Shown: positions 38,147 to 49,082, counted from the stretch's first letter. The stretch: DNA of 64,000 nt from an uncultured archaeon (GCA_938034445.1 CALHLD010000026.1:562-64561); one strand, 5' to 3'. The notes: generated by a model not told the origin, from the sequence alone. Translations and numbers: made by a program.

Positions 38147-38680
38147 CTATTTTATTATTGTTAAGCTTTTAACTACCTTAATAGCCTGTAACTCGCTGAT
38201 AACCTCCCCAGGAACTTCACCTTCGATTATGAGTGTTAATTTTGGTTCTTCAAAGAGCTCAGGGTCTTCTGCAAAAACTTCTCTTATAACAAGCTTATGT
38301 TTGGCTATGATAGATGTTACTTCAGAAATTATTCCAGGCTTTTCTGGATATGATGTTATAACTATTACTGTAAAACCAAGATAGTGTGCGACATCCTTAA
38401 AGAATGCTACAGGCTTTAAACGTGTAAATATGTATTCTAGGTTCGGATCCAAAAGTATATAATCTGCAGTCTGTCTAACAACCCTCCTGTCTATCCCTAA
38501 AGATTTTGCTATAGCGGTATCACTGACTTCGATATCGTCAAAGTAGAATCTTCCATTTTTATCTACCCTTAATCCAGTTTCAAGCATCTTTTTTAAAAGA
38601 AGTGCTCTTGCCTTTTTTCTCTTAGAAGATTCTTCAAGAATTGTTCCTAATCTTTTAAAAGGCCATGTCATCATGTTCAA
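38147..38680 (-). CDS. HTH + ACT domain predicted regulator of amino acid metabolism
   Basis: IAKSLGIDRRVV HTH; PGII..V....A....I ACT domain; divergent from trpB2. Confidence 0.85.
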   Translation of the reverse strand: MNMMTWPFKRLGTILEESSKRKKARALLLKKMLETGLRVDKNGRFYFDDIEVSDTAIAKSLGIDRRVVRQTADYILLDPNLEYIFTRLKPVAFFKDVAHYLGFTVIVITSYPEKPGIISEVTSIIAKHKLVIREVFAEDPELFEEPKLTLIIEGEVPGEVISELQAIKVVKSLTIIK

Positions 38681-38766
38681 TTATGTTCATTTATAGTTAT
38701 ACTTATACATTTCTAAAAATGTATTCTTTTGTACATAAATGAATTTATATGTGCATTTTTTAACAT

Positions 38767-40143
38767 TTGTCCATGAACGAGATTTCACAAAACAAGATAA
38801 TATTACCGGTGGAAGAAATGCCAAAATATTGGTATAACATACTTCCAGACTTGCCGGAGCCTTTACCTCCACCAATTGACCCATCAACTGGAAATCCAGT
38901 TAATCCAACTGTTCTAGAAAGAATATTTGCAAAAGAATGCATTAGACAAGAAATTTCTATGGAAAATTATATACAAATCCCAGACGAAGTTCGTGAAATA
39001 TATTATGTTCTTGGAAGACCTACACCCATTTTCAGAGCTAAAAGGTTAGAAAAATACCTAGACACTCCTGCAGAAATATACTTTAAACGAGAAGATTTTA
39101 GCCCAACTGGGAGCCATAAAACGAATACTGCTGTAGCACAAGCCTACTATCTCTCCAAAGAGGGTGTTAAGAAGGTTACAACAGAAACTGGTGCAGGCCA
39201 GTGGGGTTCAGCACTTTCTCTAGCATCAGCGTTCTTTTCGCTTGAAACAATAGTTTTTATGACGAGGAGCTCCTATCTTCAGAAACCGTATAGGCGTGTT
39301 ATAATGGAGCTTTTTGGTGCAAAAGTTTATCCTTCTCCAAGTGACCAGACAAAAGTTGGAAGAAGTTATCTTTCATCAGATCCATCACATCCTGGAAGCC
39401 TGGGAATTGCAATAAGTGAAGCTCTTGAAGTAGCACTTGGACAAGATAATGCAAAATATTCTCTTGGAAGTGTACTAAATCATGTGCTTCTTCATCAGAC
39501 TATAATAGGTTTAGAGGCTAAAAAGCAAATGGAACTCATAGACAGGGCGCCAGATTATGTTATAGGATGTATTGGTGGTGGAAGCAATTTCTCAGGTATA
39601 GCCTACCCATTTTTGGGAGATAGGCTGAAGGGTTCTAGTGAAACAAGATTCGTGGCTGTAGAACCTAAAGCCGTTCCATCTACTACAAGAGGAAAATACA
39701 CTTACGATTTCGGCGACTCAGGAGGCTTAACTCCGATGCTTAAAATGTATACTGTAGGAAGCAAGTTTCCTATATCGCCTATTCATGCAGCAGGTTTAAG
39801 ATATCATGGTAAAGCGCCCTCACTATGCTTGCTTATAAAGAATGGATATGTTGAAAATAGGGCATATCATCAGACTGAAGTGATGCAGGCTGGTGCACTT
39901 TTTGCAAGATTGGAAGGTGTTATTCCTGCACCGGAGACAGCGCATGCGATAAAAGCTGTAATAGACATTGCACTTGATGCGAAAAGGAGGAATGAGAAAA
40001 CAGTAATATTGTTTAATTTTAGTGGACATGGTCTTCTTGACTTAAAAGCCTACGAGGACCTACTCTATAACAACCTAAAAGACTATGAGCCAACAGAAGA
40101 ACTTATATCACAGTATATTTCCCTTATCCCGAAGGTGAGCTAG
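38767..40143 (+). CDS. trpB2: Tryptophan synthase beta chain, TrpB2 type
   Basis: P..WYNI N-terminus, SPTGSHK(PLP)[38 protein letters not shown]. Confidence 0.95.
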   Translation: MSMNEISQNKIILPVEEMPKYWYNILPDLPEPLPPPIDPSTGNPVNPTVLERIFAKECIRQEISMENYIQIPDEVREIYYVLGRPTPIFRAKRLEKYLDTPAEIYFKREDFSPTGSHKTNTAVAQAYYLSKEGVKKVTTETGAGQWGSALSLASAFFSLETIVFMTRSSYLQKPYRRVIMELFGAKVYPSPSDQTKVGRSYLSSDPSHPGSLGIAISEALEVALGQDNAKYSLGSVLNHVLLHQTIIGLEAKKQMELIDRAPDYVIGCIGGGSNFSGIAYPFLGDRLKGSSETRFVAVEPKAVPSTTRGKYTYDFGDSGGLTPMLKMYTVGSKFPISPIHAAGLRYHGKAPSLCLLIKNGYVENRAYHQTEVMQAGALFARLEGVIPAPETAHAIKAVIDIALDAKRRNEKTVILFNFSGHGLLDLKAYEDLLYNNLKDYEPTEELISQYISLIPKVS

Positions 40144-40148
40144 ATATT

Positions 40149-40613
40149 GTGTCAAATAGGAAAACTTTCAATAAGGCTTCACAATCTAATGCATTTTTTT
40201 TACCAAAACCTGTGCTAGTGGATATAGAATTACTTAAGGCACACGAGGAAGTTGATGTAAAATATTGTGAGGAACTGAAAAAAACTATTGAAGTAGATAA
40301 AGTTATAAAAAAGCCAATTGTAGCGGATGTAAACACTTACACCATTTTAGATGGTCATCATCGTGTAAGTGCACTTAAAAGTCTCGGATGTAAGCTTGTG
40401 CCAACCATACTAGTAGACTACAGTAGTCCAATGATAATCTTGGATTCGTGGAAAAATATGCATTTGGACAAGAAAACCGTTATATCAAATGCATTGGAAG
40501 GGAAAAGATTCCCTCCAAAAACTACAAAACATATGATACAAATAAATGGAAAAATAAAGCATATCTCATTTATACAAAAGAATGTCAACTTGCCACTAAC
40601 TGCTCTAAAGTAA
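40149..40613 (+). CDS. ParB/Srx-fold protein, SerK/SbnI-like free serine kinase candidate
   Basis: LKAHEE, KPI, ILDGHHR, VDY, W, FPPKTTKH; 5 bp after the trpB2 stop. Confidence 0.7.
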   Translation: MSNRKTFNKASQSNAFFLPKPVLVDIELLKAHEEVDVKYCEELKKTIEVDKVIKKPIVADVNTYTILDGHHRVSALKSLGCKLVPTILVDYSSPMIILDSWKNMHLDKKTVISNALEGKRFPPKTTKHMIQINGKIKHISFIQKNVNLPLTALK

Positions 40614-41300
40614 ATTTTTTAACAAACTATACATTCTTCTAGCATTCTCAAGCATGTTTGTGTCATTATTAAATAGCACATAGGCTTTAAAAGGTTTAAT
40701 TTTCAAAATCTTTTTACCAACTTCCTCAAGTTCCCAGTCTTCATAATAGTGTGAATACCAAAATTGTCTACCATGCATTCTAACATAAACTATCCCGTTA
40801 GGCGAAAATATTTTTCTTGGATGTTCCGGTGAATCAACACTAACAAAAGTTATGTTCAGTCCAGAAGCCCACTTAATCCATTCATCATTAAACCATTCAA
40901 CATTTCTGGCCTCTAAAGCAAATCTTTCACCTAACTTACATTCTTTAATAAAATCTTCTAACCTTTTAGAATATTTTGGTGAAATGATTGGAGGGAGTTG
41001 GAAAAGATAGAAATCGATTAGACCATCTAATGGTTTAAACAGATTCTCGAACCTTTTCCATAAATTAAATGCTTTCTCATTAAACTTGAACTTGTGTGTT
41101 ATAAGCTGATTCACTTTAATAATCCACCTTAAATTTTTGCCTTTAACGGTCCAAGATTTCACTTGATTAGGGAACGGAAATCGGTAGAAGCTCGCATTCA
41201 ACTCTATACAATTGAGTCCAGAATTTTTAGCATACCAAGAAAGGTTTCCCTCAATATTCCAATCATATGACCAGCCTGAAGTTCCAACAAAAATTTCCAT
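40605..41300 (-). CDS. DUF72 family protein
   Basis: VGTSGWSY, ELNASFYR, LFQLPP, YVRMHG, FNND. Confidence 0.92.
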   Translation of the reverse strand: MEIFVGTSGWSYDWNIEGNLSWYAKNSGLNCIELNASFYRFPFPNQVKSWTVKGKNLRWIIKVNQLITHKFKFNEKAFNLWKRFENLFKPLDGLIDFYLFQLPPIISPKYSKRLEDFIKECKLGERFALEARNVEWFNDEWIKWASGLNITFVSVDSPEHPRKIFSPNGIVYVRMHGRQFWYSHYYEDWELEEVGKKILKIKPFKAYVLFNNDTNMLENARRMYSLLKNLL

Positions 41301-41337
41301 ACACTTTCACAGTATGCGTTATTTTAATAAATATCCT

Positions 41338-42813
41338 TTAGTTTAAGTTTATGTTGATTGTTCCATGTGTGTCCTCTTTTTCTAGTTTGAAAGAAACAAT
41401 TTTTTTAAAATCTTTTAAACTTAAAATATTCTTACCTTCTTTTATTTCATAAACTGCTTTCTCACACTCCTTTACTGGTAAACTTAAATCATATTCATAA
41501 ACATATAACCTATTACCACTACTAGAGTATATTGTTAAGCATGCATCTTTGTATCCATACAATGGTATTCCCCCCCAGTTTAGTGTAGAAACTAAACTAG
41601 TTGGTAATACAAAGCTCACAGGAGGCTGTCTCTCAAATATTATTCTATTATCAAGTACTACTATTTCCCGATAACCTGCATCGATTGGCATCGCATCAAA
41701 TCTTGCAAGATTGGCTACAGTTGAAGTTCCTAAAAGGATCTTATCTCCTACAGTTTCTATTGAAGTTATTCTTGCACCAAATGCTCCAACTACACGCGCC
41801 ATAGGTGGAGTAATATATATTAGAAGCGATGGCCCTATGATAGTGTTCTGTTCTCTCATCACATTCTTTTCTAACTCGTTTTGTGGGAAGACTAATCCAT
41901 GTGTGAAACTGTTGAAGGCTGTTAGTAGTCCTCCACCAAATGTTATTGCCATAGTTCTACTTGGCGAATATCCAGAATATCCAAAATCAAAAAGTCTAAC
42001 AAATTTAATAGAATCTTTATCGAACAATGATGGTTCAGCAACCAATACCCCTCCCTTAACAAATGTGAAAAGTCTAGCGTAAGCTGAGATCATGCTTCCA
42101 ACAAAAGGTCTAATCACATTCCCGTAATCTACAGATACTTTAGAAAAGTCTTCCAAATACATTTTAGACCATCTTCTATCAAAGAGATCCATAAACTGTA
42201 ATCCCCTAAAATAGCCTAAATATGATATGTCGAAAAAGGCACTATCTAAGAATATTGTCCCCTTAAGTGCTGGCTCATTTGTTAATTGAACAATTTTCCC
42301 ACCTTTCCTCTCGAGTAAAAATACACCTAGATTTTTATGCCCGTCAGCCCTCGCTACAAGAAGAACATCATTTACTGGATCATATACTATCTCAGAAACC
42401 TCTCCTGTCCAGTCTGTTGGATGATTTATACCCTCCTTCCAAACAAGTCTAACATTCCCCTCTTTAACATTATACTCGTGAACATGACTATACTTGTTAA
42501 CAAAAGAAATAATTCTCCTATCACCCTCTCTAAGATATAATGCGGGTGCATGAACCCACCCTCCAAAATAAATAAAATCATCAACTACATCAACCGCATT
42601 ATAAGTATCTCCTCCAGAAACAGGCTTTGGTCCAACAAGATCGTAGTTGTACACTTTCTCCCTTTCCTCGTCTAAAAAGTGCGCTTCACCCTCAAAAGCT
42701 AGATTGAAGAATAATGTTCCCCTATAAAATTTTAAACCAAAGATCCCCCCTGAACCCCATTCTGGAGCAAACCTTGGAGGAAATCTGTAAAGTCTTTTTG
42801 AAATATCGGCCAT
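41338..42813 (-). CDS. Conserved archaeal beta-rich protein (DUF2139-like)
   Basis: FPPR..PEWGSGGIFGL, P.SGGDTYNA, FGGWVHAP. Confidence 0.7.
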   Translation of the reverse strand: MADISKRLYRFPPRFAPEWGSGGIFGLKFYRGTLFFNLAFEGEAHFLDEEREKVYNYDLVGPKPVSGGDTYNAVDVVDDFIYFGGWVHAPALYLREGDRRIISFVNKYSHVHEYNVKEGNVRLVWKEGINHPTDWTGEVSEIVYDPVNDVLLVARADGHKNLGVFLLERKGGKIVQLTNEPALKGTIFLDSAFFDISYLGYFRGLQFMDLFDRRWSKMYLEDFSKVSVDYGNVIRPFVGSMISAYARLFTFVKGGVLVAEPSLFDKDSIKFVRLFDFGYSGYSPSRTMAITFGGGLLTAFNSFTHGLVFPQNELEKNVMREQNTIIGPSLLIYITPPMARVVGAFGARITSIETVGDKILLGTSTVANLARFDAMPIDAGYREIVVLDNRIIFERQPPVSFVLPTSLVSTLNWGGIPLYGYKDACLTIYSSSGNRLYVYEYDLSLPVKECEKAVYEIKEGKNILSLKDFKKIVSFKLEKEDTHGTININLN

Positions 42814-42871
42814 CCTTCCATCAAATAAGTTGCAGTAATCTTTATATAAAATATTTTCAAATTATTATGTC

Positions 42872-44062
42872 ATGAGTTCTACTCCACTATTTCCAATATT
42901 TTATAGGATAACCGAACTTTATATGCCTGGAAAAATGGTATTTGGATTAAATTCCCTTGAAAGACTTCCAAAGGAAGCTCGTTTCCTTGGTGGAACTTCT
43001 AAGGTGCTTATACTAACAGATAGGCAAGTATTGTCAACAGGCTCTCCGGAAAAGGCTTCAGAAATTCTAAAGAAAGATGGTTTTGAAGTTAAAGTATACG
43101 ATAGTCTAGAACCAGAACCTAGAATAGAAGTTGTAGAAGATGCTGCAAACTTTGCAAAAAACTTTGACCCTGATGTTGTAGTTGGAATAGGTGGTGGAAG
43201 CGTAATGGATTCAGCCAAGCTTGTATCTGTATCCTTTACTCATACTGGTAAGTTAAGAGAGTATGTTGGCCCAAATCTTTTGAAAAAAAGAGGTAAACCA
43301 ACAATCTGTATTCCAACCACAGCTGGAACGGGTAGTGAAGTTACACAATATGCGGTTTTCACTATAGACGGAAAAAAGAAGACGTGTGCTAGCCCATACA
43401 TTATACCCGATGTAGCACTAGTTGACCCACTCCTAACAATATCATTACCATCCCATGTAACAGCAGGTTCCGGACTAGACGCTTTAAGCCATGCCATCGA
43501 ATCTCTAATTTCAACGGAAGCAACGCCAATAACAGACGAGCTAGCCTATCTTGCTATAAGATTAATATTCAATTACCTAAAAAAGGCATACTATAAGCCA
43601 AACGATGTTGAAGCAAGATACTATATGTCTATGGCTGCCACAATAGCGGGGATACCATTATGTAATGCAAGAATGGTTGTTGGACACTCGATTTCACAAA
43701 CAATAGGCCCCATGTACAAAATATCACATGGTATATCCTGTGCGATCACACTTCCATACATTATGAAATTTTATGCGCCAATAGTAAGTGAAAAACTAGC
43801 ACAGGTTACTATAGAAAGTGGAGAAGATGTTTCAAGTATGTCATTAAAAGATGCAGCCCTAATGTCAGCTGTTATAGTAAAAAGATTACTTGAAGAATTA
43901 AATATTCCTCATGCATTAAAAAGTTATGGTGTGCCAAAAGAAATGCTGCCAAAACTTGCAGAAGATTCTATAGTAAACTTTCCTAGACCAAACAGTCCAA
44001 TAGAATTAAATAAAGAAAATGTTTTAAGAATTCTCGAATGGATGTATGAAGGTGAAATTTAG
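42872..44062 (+). CDS. Iron-containing alcohol dehydrogenase
   Basis: GGGS.MD.AK, PTTAGTGSE, DALSHAIE, GH, HG. Confidence 0.93.
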   Translation: MSSTPLFPIFYRITELYMPGKMVFGLNSLERLPKEARFLGGTSKVLILTDRQVLSTGSPEKASEILKKDGFEVKVYDSLEPEPRIEVVEDAANFAKNFDPDVVVGIGGGSVMDSAKLVSVSFTHTGKLREYVGPNLLKKRGKPTICIPTTAGTGSEVTQYAVFTIDGKKKTCASPYIIPDVALVDPLLTISLPSHVTAGSGLDALSHAIESLISTEATPITDELAYLAIRLIFNYLKKAYYKPNDVEARYYMSMAATIAGIPLCNARMVVGHSISQTIGPMYKISHGISCAITLPYIMKFYAPIVSEKLAQVTIESGEDVSSMSLKDAALMSAVIVKRLLEELNIPHALKSYGVPKEMLPKLAEDSIVNFPRPNSPIELNKENVLRILEWMYEGEI

Positions 44063-44211
44063 CATATCTTTAACTCTTTATTTCTTTTTAATTCTAAACA
44101 TAAATTAGTTTAAAAAGAACTATGTTTAGGATAAACTAATTTTTCTTATGGACAAAAAGAATAACTTTAACCTAAAATAAGTTTAACTTAAACCTATTTA
44201 CTTGTTTCATG

Positions 44212-44886
44212 TCATCTTATAACGTTTCCACCACAAAAGCGGGTTACATATTCTATAACCTTATCCACCGCCATCATAAGTATTTCATCACTAACTCCTG
44301 GTACACCACATACTAAAAATACAACATTTCTTGTTTTATCAGAAACTTTAGTAGCTTCAGCATCACGGTAAGGATATATTGCTACAAGCTTTTCTTTATC
44401 ACATACAACTATTTCGGTGCCATTTAATAATATTGGTTTCTCCATTCCAATTCCTAAAAATTTTTCTCCATTAGTAGCATTTCTCATGAAGAGTTCCCCT
44501 AAAATTTTGTCTTTGTCAAAGGCAGCAATAGGTACTCCACTCACAATAGAAGCGAGGTTGTATGAGTCAACTAGCATGTTTATGTGGGGAAAAGGTTTTT
44601 CAAGTAATATTCTGCGTATAAGTGCTTCAGAGGCGGGTCTAATCTTCGTAGGATCTATTCCTATTTTCCAGAAAAAATCTCTATATGCTCTAAATAATGG
44701 TTCATTTTTTAACCCATCTAATGTATACTTGGACCTAACATATTCTACTACTTCTTTTAAAAGCCTATTAAACTCACTATATGTTTTCTCATCACTTCTA
44801 TTGACATCTACATTATTTATTCCAAGAATATATGCTCTTAGGCCAGGAAATTTTTTCTCTAATTCTTCGTCAACCTTAAGCCACAT
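44212..44886 (-). CDS. Stand-alone B3/B4 (PheRS-beta editing) domain protein
   Basis: AYR.F...GIDPTK.RP.SEAL.RR, IN.LVD.YN..S, YRD. Confidence 0.88.
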   Translation of the reverse strand: MWLKVDEELEKKFPGLRAYILGINNVDVNRSDEKTYSEFNRLLKEVVEYVRSKYTLDGLKNEPLFRAYRDFFWKIGIDPTKIRPASEALIRRILLEKPFPHINMLVDSYNLASIVSGVPIAAFDKDKILGELFMRNATNGEKFLGIGMEKPILLNGTEIVVCDKEKLVAIYPYRDAEATKVSDKTRNVVFLVCGVPGVSDEILMMAVDKVIEYVTRFCGGNVIR

Positions 44887-44903
44887 TCAGTATCACATTA
44901 ACA

Positions 44904-45701
44904 CTATACTTGTAAGTCTGGCAAATTTTCTAATGTTGTAACTTTAGCATCGTAGGGGTCTGCAATACCTTGGCAGAATACGTTAAGCGGCTGATCCTGT
45001 AAAAGGTTATAGCATCTGTGAGCCATTCCTGGTGGAATATAAATTGCGTCACCCTCACTTACTTCAGTTTCTTCACCAGCAACCTTAACCTTCCCCTTAC
45101 CTGAAACAATAAAATATATTGCTTCAGAATTGTGTGAATGGTATCCTAAAATATTTGGTACACTCATCATGCTTGCAAAAAGCAAATATTTCATCTGATT
45201 CCTTGAAAAGATGCTGTAAGAGTAGCATGTTCCCTCATGCCCAGGACTTGGCTTTTTAGAAGTCCAACGTTCAACAAGAATCCTATTTTCAAGTTCTTGT
45301 GAGCTTGTTTCTATAACATTTACCTCTTTAGATTCAGGAGGTGCTCTTACACAATATTCCATAAATATTATTGGCTGCTGCTCTAACCTAGAATATACTA
45401 TATAAGATACTCCAGGTGGAACATATACTGTGTCATGAGCTTTAATCGTCAATAAAGTTTGGTTAGACTGAATTTCTCCTTCACCTTGCAAAATAAACAG
45501 TATTTTTTCCAAATTCTGTCTCCTGTATAATGGTTTCTTTTCCCATGGTATTGTAACATATTTAACCCACTCCCAATATTTTGTAACCTTTATTCCACCT
45601 ACACGGTCTAAATGATCTTTTCTTCTAAAATAATATCTTGCATAAGAATTTCCATCATCTTCTATAATTGGTTCAATTTCCCTCCAATTCCTCTTATACA
45701 T
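44904..45701 (-). CDS. Bicupin protein
   Basis: Two cupin repeats; the second keeps HSH..EAIY....G.G...GD.IYIPPG..H metal ligands. Confidence 0.85.
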   Translation of the reverse strand: MYKRNWREIEPIIEDDGNSYARYYFRRKDHLDRVGGIKVTKYWEWVKYVTIPWEKKPLYRRQNLEKILFILQGEGEIQSNQTLLTIKAHDTVYVPPGVSYIVYSRLEQQPIIFMEYCVRAPPESKEVNVIETSSQELENRILVERWTSKKPSPGHEGTCYSYSIFSRNQMKYLLFASMMSVPNILGYHSHNSEAIYFIVSGKGKVKVAGEETEVSEGDAIYIPPGMAHRCYNLLQDQPLNVFCQGIADPYDAKVTTLENLPDLQV

Positions 45702-45860
45702 ATTTGCACATCAAAGTAAAGGAATAAAGGGATTTTAAAATTTTAGTAATATTTTAAAATAGATTCGAAGGCTAATTGCCTCAATAGAAGATCATATGAT
45801 ACATTTATGTTAAAATATTAAGTTGAATACTGTTTATAAAAAGTAGTTATATTCAATTTT

Positions 45861-46256
45861 TTATAGTAGTTTTACTTCAATTAATCCTTCTACTTTTTCT
45901 GCCTGCTTTTTGTCAAGCGTATACAGTATCGCATTTTCCATTCTCGCTAAAGCAACATAAAGTGCGTCATAAACAGTCAAATTCGTCGAACAGGCTAAAT
46001 CAAATGCTTCCTTTAATAGTTGATTTTCACCAACCACATTTAAACTGAAGTTGAATAGTTCAAATGTTGCACTTGACTTTATTTTAGCATCTTCTAGCGA
46101 AATATGCTTTCTTTTATATGCTTTCCAAATCGCATTTAACGTTTCTTTAATTGCATGGTCTACGGAATAGGAATTTAATATTATTTCAGAAAGTCTTCGC
46201 CACTCTGGCTCCTTTAATATGAAACTCGCTATTATAGACGCATCAACCACTTTCAC
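45861..46256 (-). CDS. vapC: VapC PIN-domain toxin
   Basis: VVDAS, E..NAIWK, TVYDALYVALA, TLD. Confidence 0.9.
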   Translation of the reverse strand: MKVVDASIIASFILKEPEWRRLSEIILNSYSVDHAIKETLNAIWKAYKRKHISLEDAKIKSSATFELFNFSLNVVGENQLLKEAFDLACSTNLTVYDALYVALARMENAILYTLDKKQAEKVEGLIEVKLL

Positions 46257-46473
46257 GGTCTTCTCTCACCGACAAAACTGAGAATCCTTTAGGTACACCA
46301 CCTGTCTTTTCTATATCTTCAATAATATCTTTCATTTTCTCTTGCGCCTCTATTTCTCGGATTTTTCTTTCTATAAATAGCCTTATTTCTTCTGGCCAGT
46401 TAATCTTATCTTTGAATTTGTCCACTTTCTTCTTTAATTCGTCTGAAACTTTTACTGCAATTATTTTACTCAT
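46243..46473 (-). CDS. vapB: VapB RHH antitoxin
   Basis: IAVKV.DELK, INW.EEIR.FI, VREDR; overlaps vapC. Confidence 0.85.
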   Translation of the reverse strand: MSKIIAVKVSDELKKKVDKFKDKINWPEEIRLFIERKIREIEAQEKMKDIIEDIEKTGGVPKGFSVLSVREDRESG

Positions 46474-46550
46474 AGTTATACTTAAAGTTAAACTCCGTAT
46501 ATAAACATTTAGATAAATAAATTTTATTAGAATTTACTATTTTATTGTCT

Positions 46551-46620
46551 GTGGATAAAGGTATAAGAGTTCTTGTAACAGGTGCAAGTGATAGAATTGG
46601 ACATGCCTTTGTTAGAGATA
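46551..46620 (+). pseudogene. Degenerate copy of the N-terminus of the downstream NAD-dependent epimerase
   Basis: VDKGIRVLVTGASDRIGHAFVRD vs MAKNMRVLVTGAGGRIGRAFVRE; shares the 17-bp agagttcttgtaacagg. Confidence 0.7.
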
Positions 46621-46789
46621 CAAAATCTCCTCTATTATAGTTTCTCATGATTATTATATATCTTCCTGAAACTATTTCATGTTAATGTGAAATAAAACTT
46701 TTTATTAGACCATAGTATGAATTGCCTCATTCTTTAACGGCTATAATTTTTGCTGTAACCTCACCCCAACCTCCATAATCTCGTATACC

Positions 46790-47035
46790 ATCATACTCTA
46801 ATACATATCTGGCATTTTTTGGCAAAATTGCGTAAAGTGTGTTGTCACAACCATATTCTTTAAGCAGAATAAATCAAATGCCTACTTTTAATAGTTGATT
46901 TCCATACTAAAGTTAGAGAGTGTAAATATCATATCCAAATACATCTTAACCCCCTCTACCAAAATATAACTTTCTTTCGTAGATTTTACGAATTGTTTTC
47001 AATGTTACTTTAATTGAATTGTCTACTTTATTTCT
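46790..47035 (-). pseudogene. Decayed vapC paralog
   Basis: IKVTLKTIRKIYERK vs IKETLNAIWKAYKRK; taaatcaaatgc...tttaatagttgattt nearly identical to 45996-46026; frameshifts and stops. Confidence 0.65.
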
Positions 47036-47091
47036 CGGATAAGAAATTTCTTAGTAAAAGTTTATAACCAATAAAGCAGCTGTAAAATAAA

Positions 47092-47862
47092 GTGATGGCT
47101 AAGAATATGAGAGTTCTTGTAACAGGCGCCGGTGGTAGGATAGGCCGTGCTTTTGTTAGGGAATATAAGAATTATTATTTATTTCGGCTAATGTTACACA
47201 AAAGGGCTTTTGATATATTTGATGGTGAAGTTGTTTACGGCGATATCGCTGATTTTGATAGTGTGTTGAAGGCTGTTGAAGGTGTAGATGCAATAGTCCA
47301 TTTGGCTGCAGACTCTCGTGTTGAAGCTGACTGGAATTCTGTTTTAAATACAAACATTATTGGCACGTATAACGTTTTTGAAGCAGCTCGTCTCTGTGGG
47401 GTTAGGAGGGTTGTTTATGCGAGTTCAAATCACGCTTGCGGTACTCTCATAAATGAAAGGGATTTGGTTGGACCTGACGCTCCAATTGCACCGGACAGCC
47501 TTTATGGTGTTAGTAAGGTTTTTGGTGAAGCGCTCGCACACTACTACTTCAAAAAGCATGGGCTGTCTACTATATGTTTGAGAATTGGCATTTGTAGAGA
47601 TTTGGATGACCCTTCACAATTCTTTAGAGAATATTTGACAGGAGTGAAAGTGCATCCAACATACTCTCCAGAAAAGATTCTTGGATTGTGGATAAGTGCT
47701 CGTGACATGGCTCAACTTATACATAAAAGTCTTGAAACTGATGTTAAATTTGGAATATTTTATGGTATATCGAATAATAGGCATCCTGTTTTCGATTTAA
47801 GTGAAACTAGACTCAAGCTTGGATATAGTCCAGAAGATTGTGCTGAAAACCATCTGAAATAG
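47092..47862 (+). CDS. NAD-dependent epimerase/dehydratase (uronate dehydrogenase-like SDR)
   Basis: TGAGG.IG, HLAA, ASSNH, YGVSK, LRIG, W.S.RD. Confidence 0.88.
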   Translation: MMAKNMRVLVTGAGGRIGRAFVREYKNYYLFRLMLHKRAFDIFDGEVVYGDIADFDSVLKAVEGVDAIVHLAADSRVEADWNSVLNTNIIGTYNVFEAARLCGVRRVVYASSNHACGTLINERDLVGPDAPIAPDSLYGVSKVFGEALAHYYFKKHGLSTICLRIGICRDLDDPSQFFREYLTGVKVHPTYSPEKILGLWISARDMAQLIHKSLETDVKFGIFYGISNNRHPVFDLSETRLKLGYSPEDCAENHLK

Positions 47863-47864
47863 TT

Positions 47865-49082
47865 TTAGCCCCATATGGAAAGCAGGTATGGTTTAAGTTT
47901 CATAAAAGTTAATGCCTCATTGTTTACTTTTTCTTCCGCCTCCTCATCTGACATGTCTAAGCTTTCTTTAACATATGTTGCAACACGCCCTAGCCAACAT
48001 ATTCTATATGCGTCCAAAACATCTTCTCTTAGATTTTGTGAACAGTACTTAAAATATCTTAGAAAATTGAATGAGATCTTAGCCCAATCTTCAACCTTTA
48101 TTCTAAGTTCTTTAACACAATTGCCTAATAGTTCAAAAATTTGTTCTGGTAATACGCTTTTTAACATCTCTCTTTTCTCATTAAAACCGTTCACGAAAGT
48201 TTCTTCCATAGCCTTAATGTTTACATTAAAAGGTTGAGGCCTTGTTTCCTCGATTTTTCCCTTAAAAATTTTAGGCTCAAAAACATGTACAATATTTTTC
48301 CAAATATTCTCATAGAGGTATGCATTATAGAAGAGTGCTCCAACAACCTGTTTAAACATTGGACCAAGATGTGCTGCTGGATCCTTTACGTCATGAACCT
48401 TCACACCCAAGTATGCCTCTCCAACATTCATATTGTTAGCTAAAGCTGTAAATGTTATAGTTATATCTATTCCAAATCTTGGCACAGACTCTGTATTCCA
48501 TAATGGTGTTTTAAGCAAAAGTTGTATAAGTTCTTTTGAAAGTCCAAAGTCACCACCAATAGGCTGCCTAATCTTGTATCCAAATAGTGTAAGAGTAAAT
48601 GGGTATGCTATTTGATTTGTTATGGTTCCATCATACTTGTACCTAGAATATCTTGGTGCAACAAACTGTACTCCCTCAAAGATTGGCTGTATAAGGAGTC
48701 TTATCCATTCTGAAGTAACACTTCTTAAGTCTGCGTCTAAAAATGCTAAAGCTTTACAGTTTAATTTTTCAGCAATTTGAAGAATTAGTTTTATTGCTGA
48801 ACCTTTTCCAGGTATCCCAGTATATGTTGTCACAATTCTATCAACATTTTTCGGTAAACTAACGCTTTCCGCTATTTCTCTTGTTTTATCTGTAGAATTT
48901 CCATCAGAGACAACAATAATCCCCCTCATTTTTGGAAAATTTTCTTCTAATCCATTTGCAGCCTGTTTGATGACATATTCTATTGTTTGAGCGTTATTGA
49001 AGGAAGGTATTCCAACTAAAATATCTACTTCACCATCTTTCGAAAAAATCTTATGCATTTCATTCAACCTATTCTCTACCAT
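47865..49082 (-). CDS. Glucosylglycerate synthase-like GT-A glycosyltransferase
   Basis: VGIPSFNNA.TI, PGKGSA, DADL, RYKYDGTITN...YP, QPIGGDFG, K.HD.KDP. Confidence 0.75.
   Translation of the reverse strand: MVENRLNEMHKIFSKDGEVDILVGIPSFNNAQTIEYVIKQAANGLEENFPKMRGIIVVSDGNSTDKTREIAESVSLPKNVDRIVTTYTGIPGKGSAIKLILQIAEKLNCKALAFLDADLRSVTSEWIRLLIQPIFEGVQFVAPRYSRYKYDGTITNQIAYPFTLTLFGYKIRQPIGGDFGLSKELIQLLLKTPLWNTESVPRFGIDITITFTALANNMNVGEAYLGVKVHDVKDPAAHLGPMFKQVVGALFYNAYLYENIWKNIVHVFEPKIFKGKIEETRPQPFNVNIKAMEETFVNGFNEKREMLKSVLPEQIFELLGNCVKELRIKVEDWAKISFNFLRYFKYCSQNLREDVLDAYRICWLGRVATYVKESLDMSDEEAEEKVNNEALTFMKLKPYLLSIWG

Noticed and set aside
40149..40613. Chromosome-partitioning ParB
   Set aside because: No HTH or dimerisation domain and no parA; the C-terminal PKTT.H motif fits SerK/SbnI better
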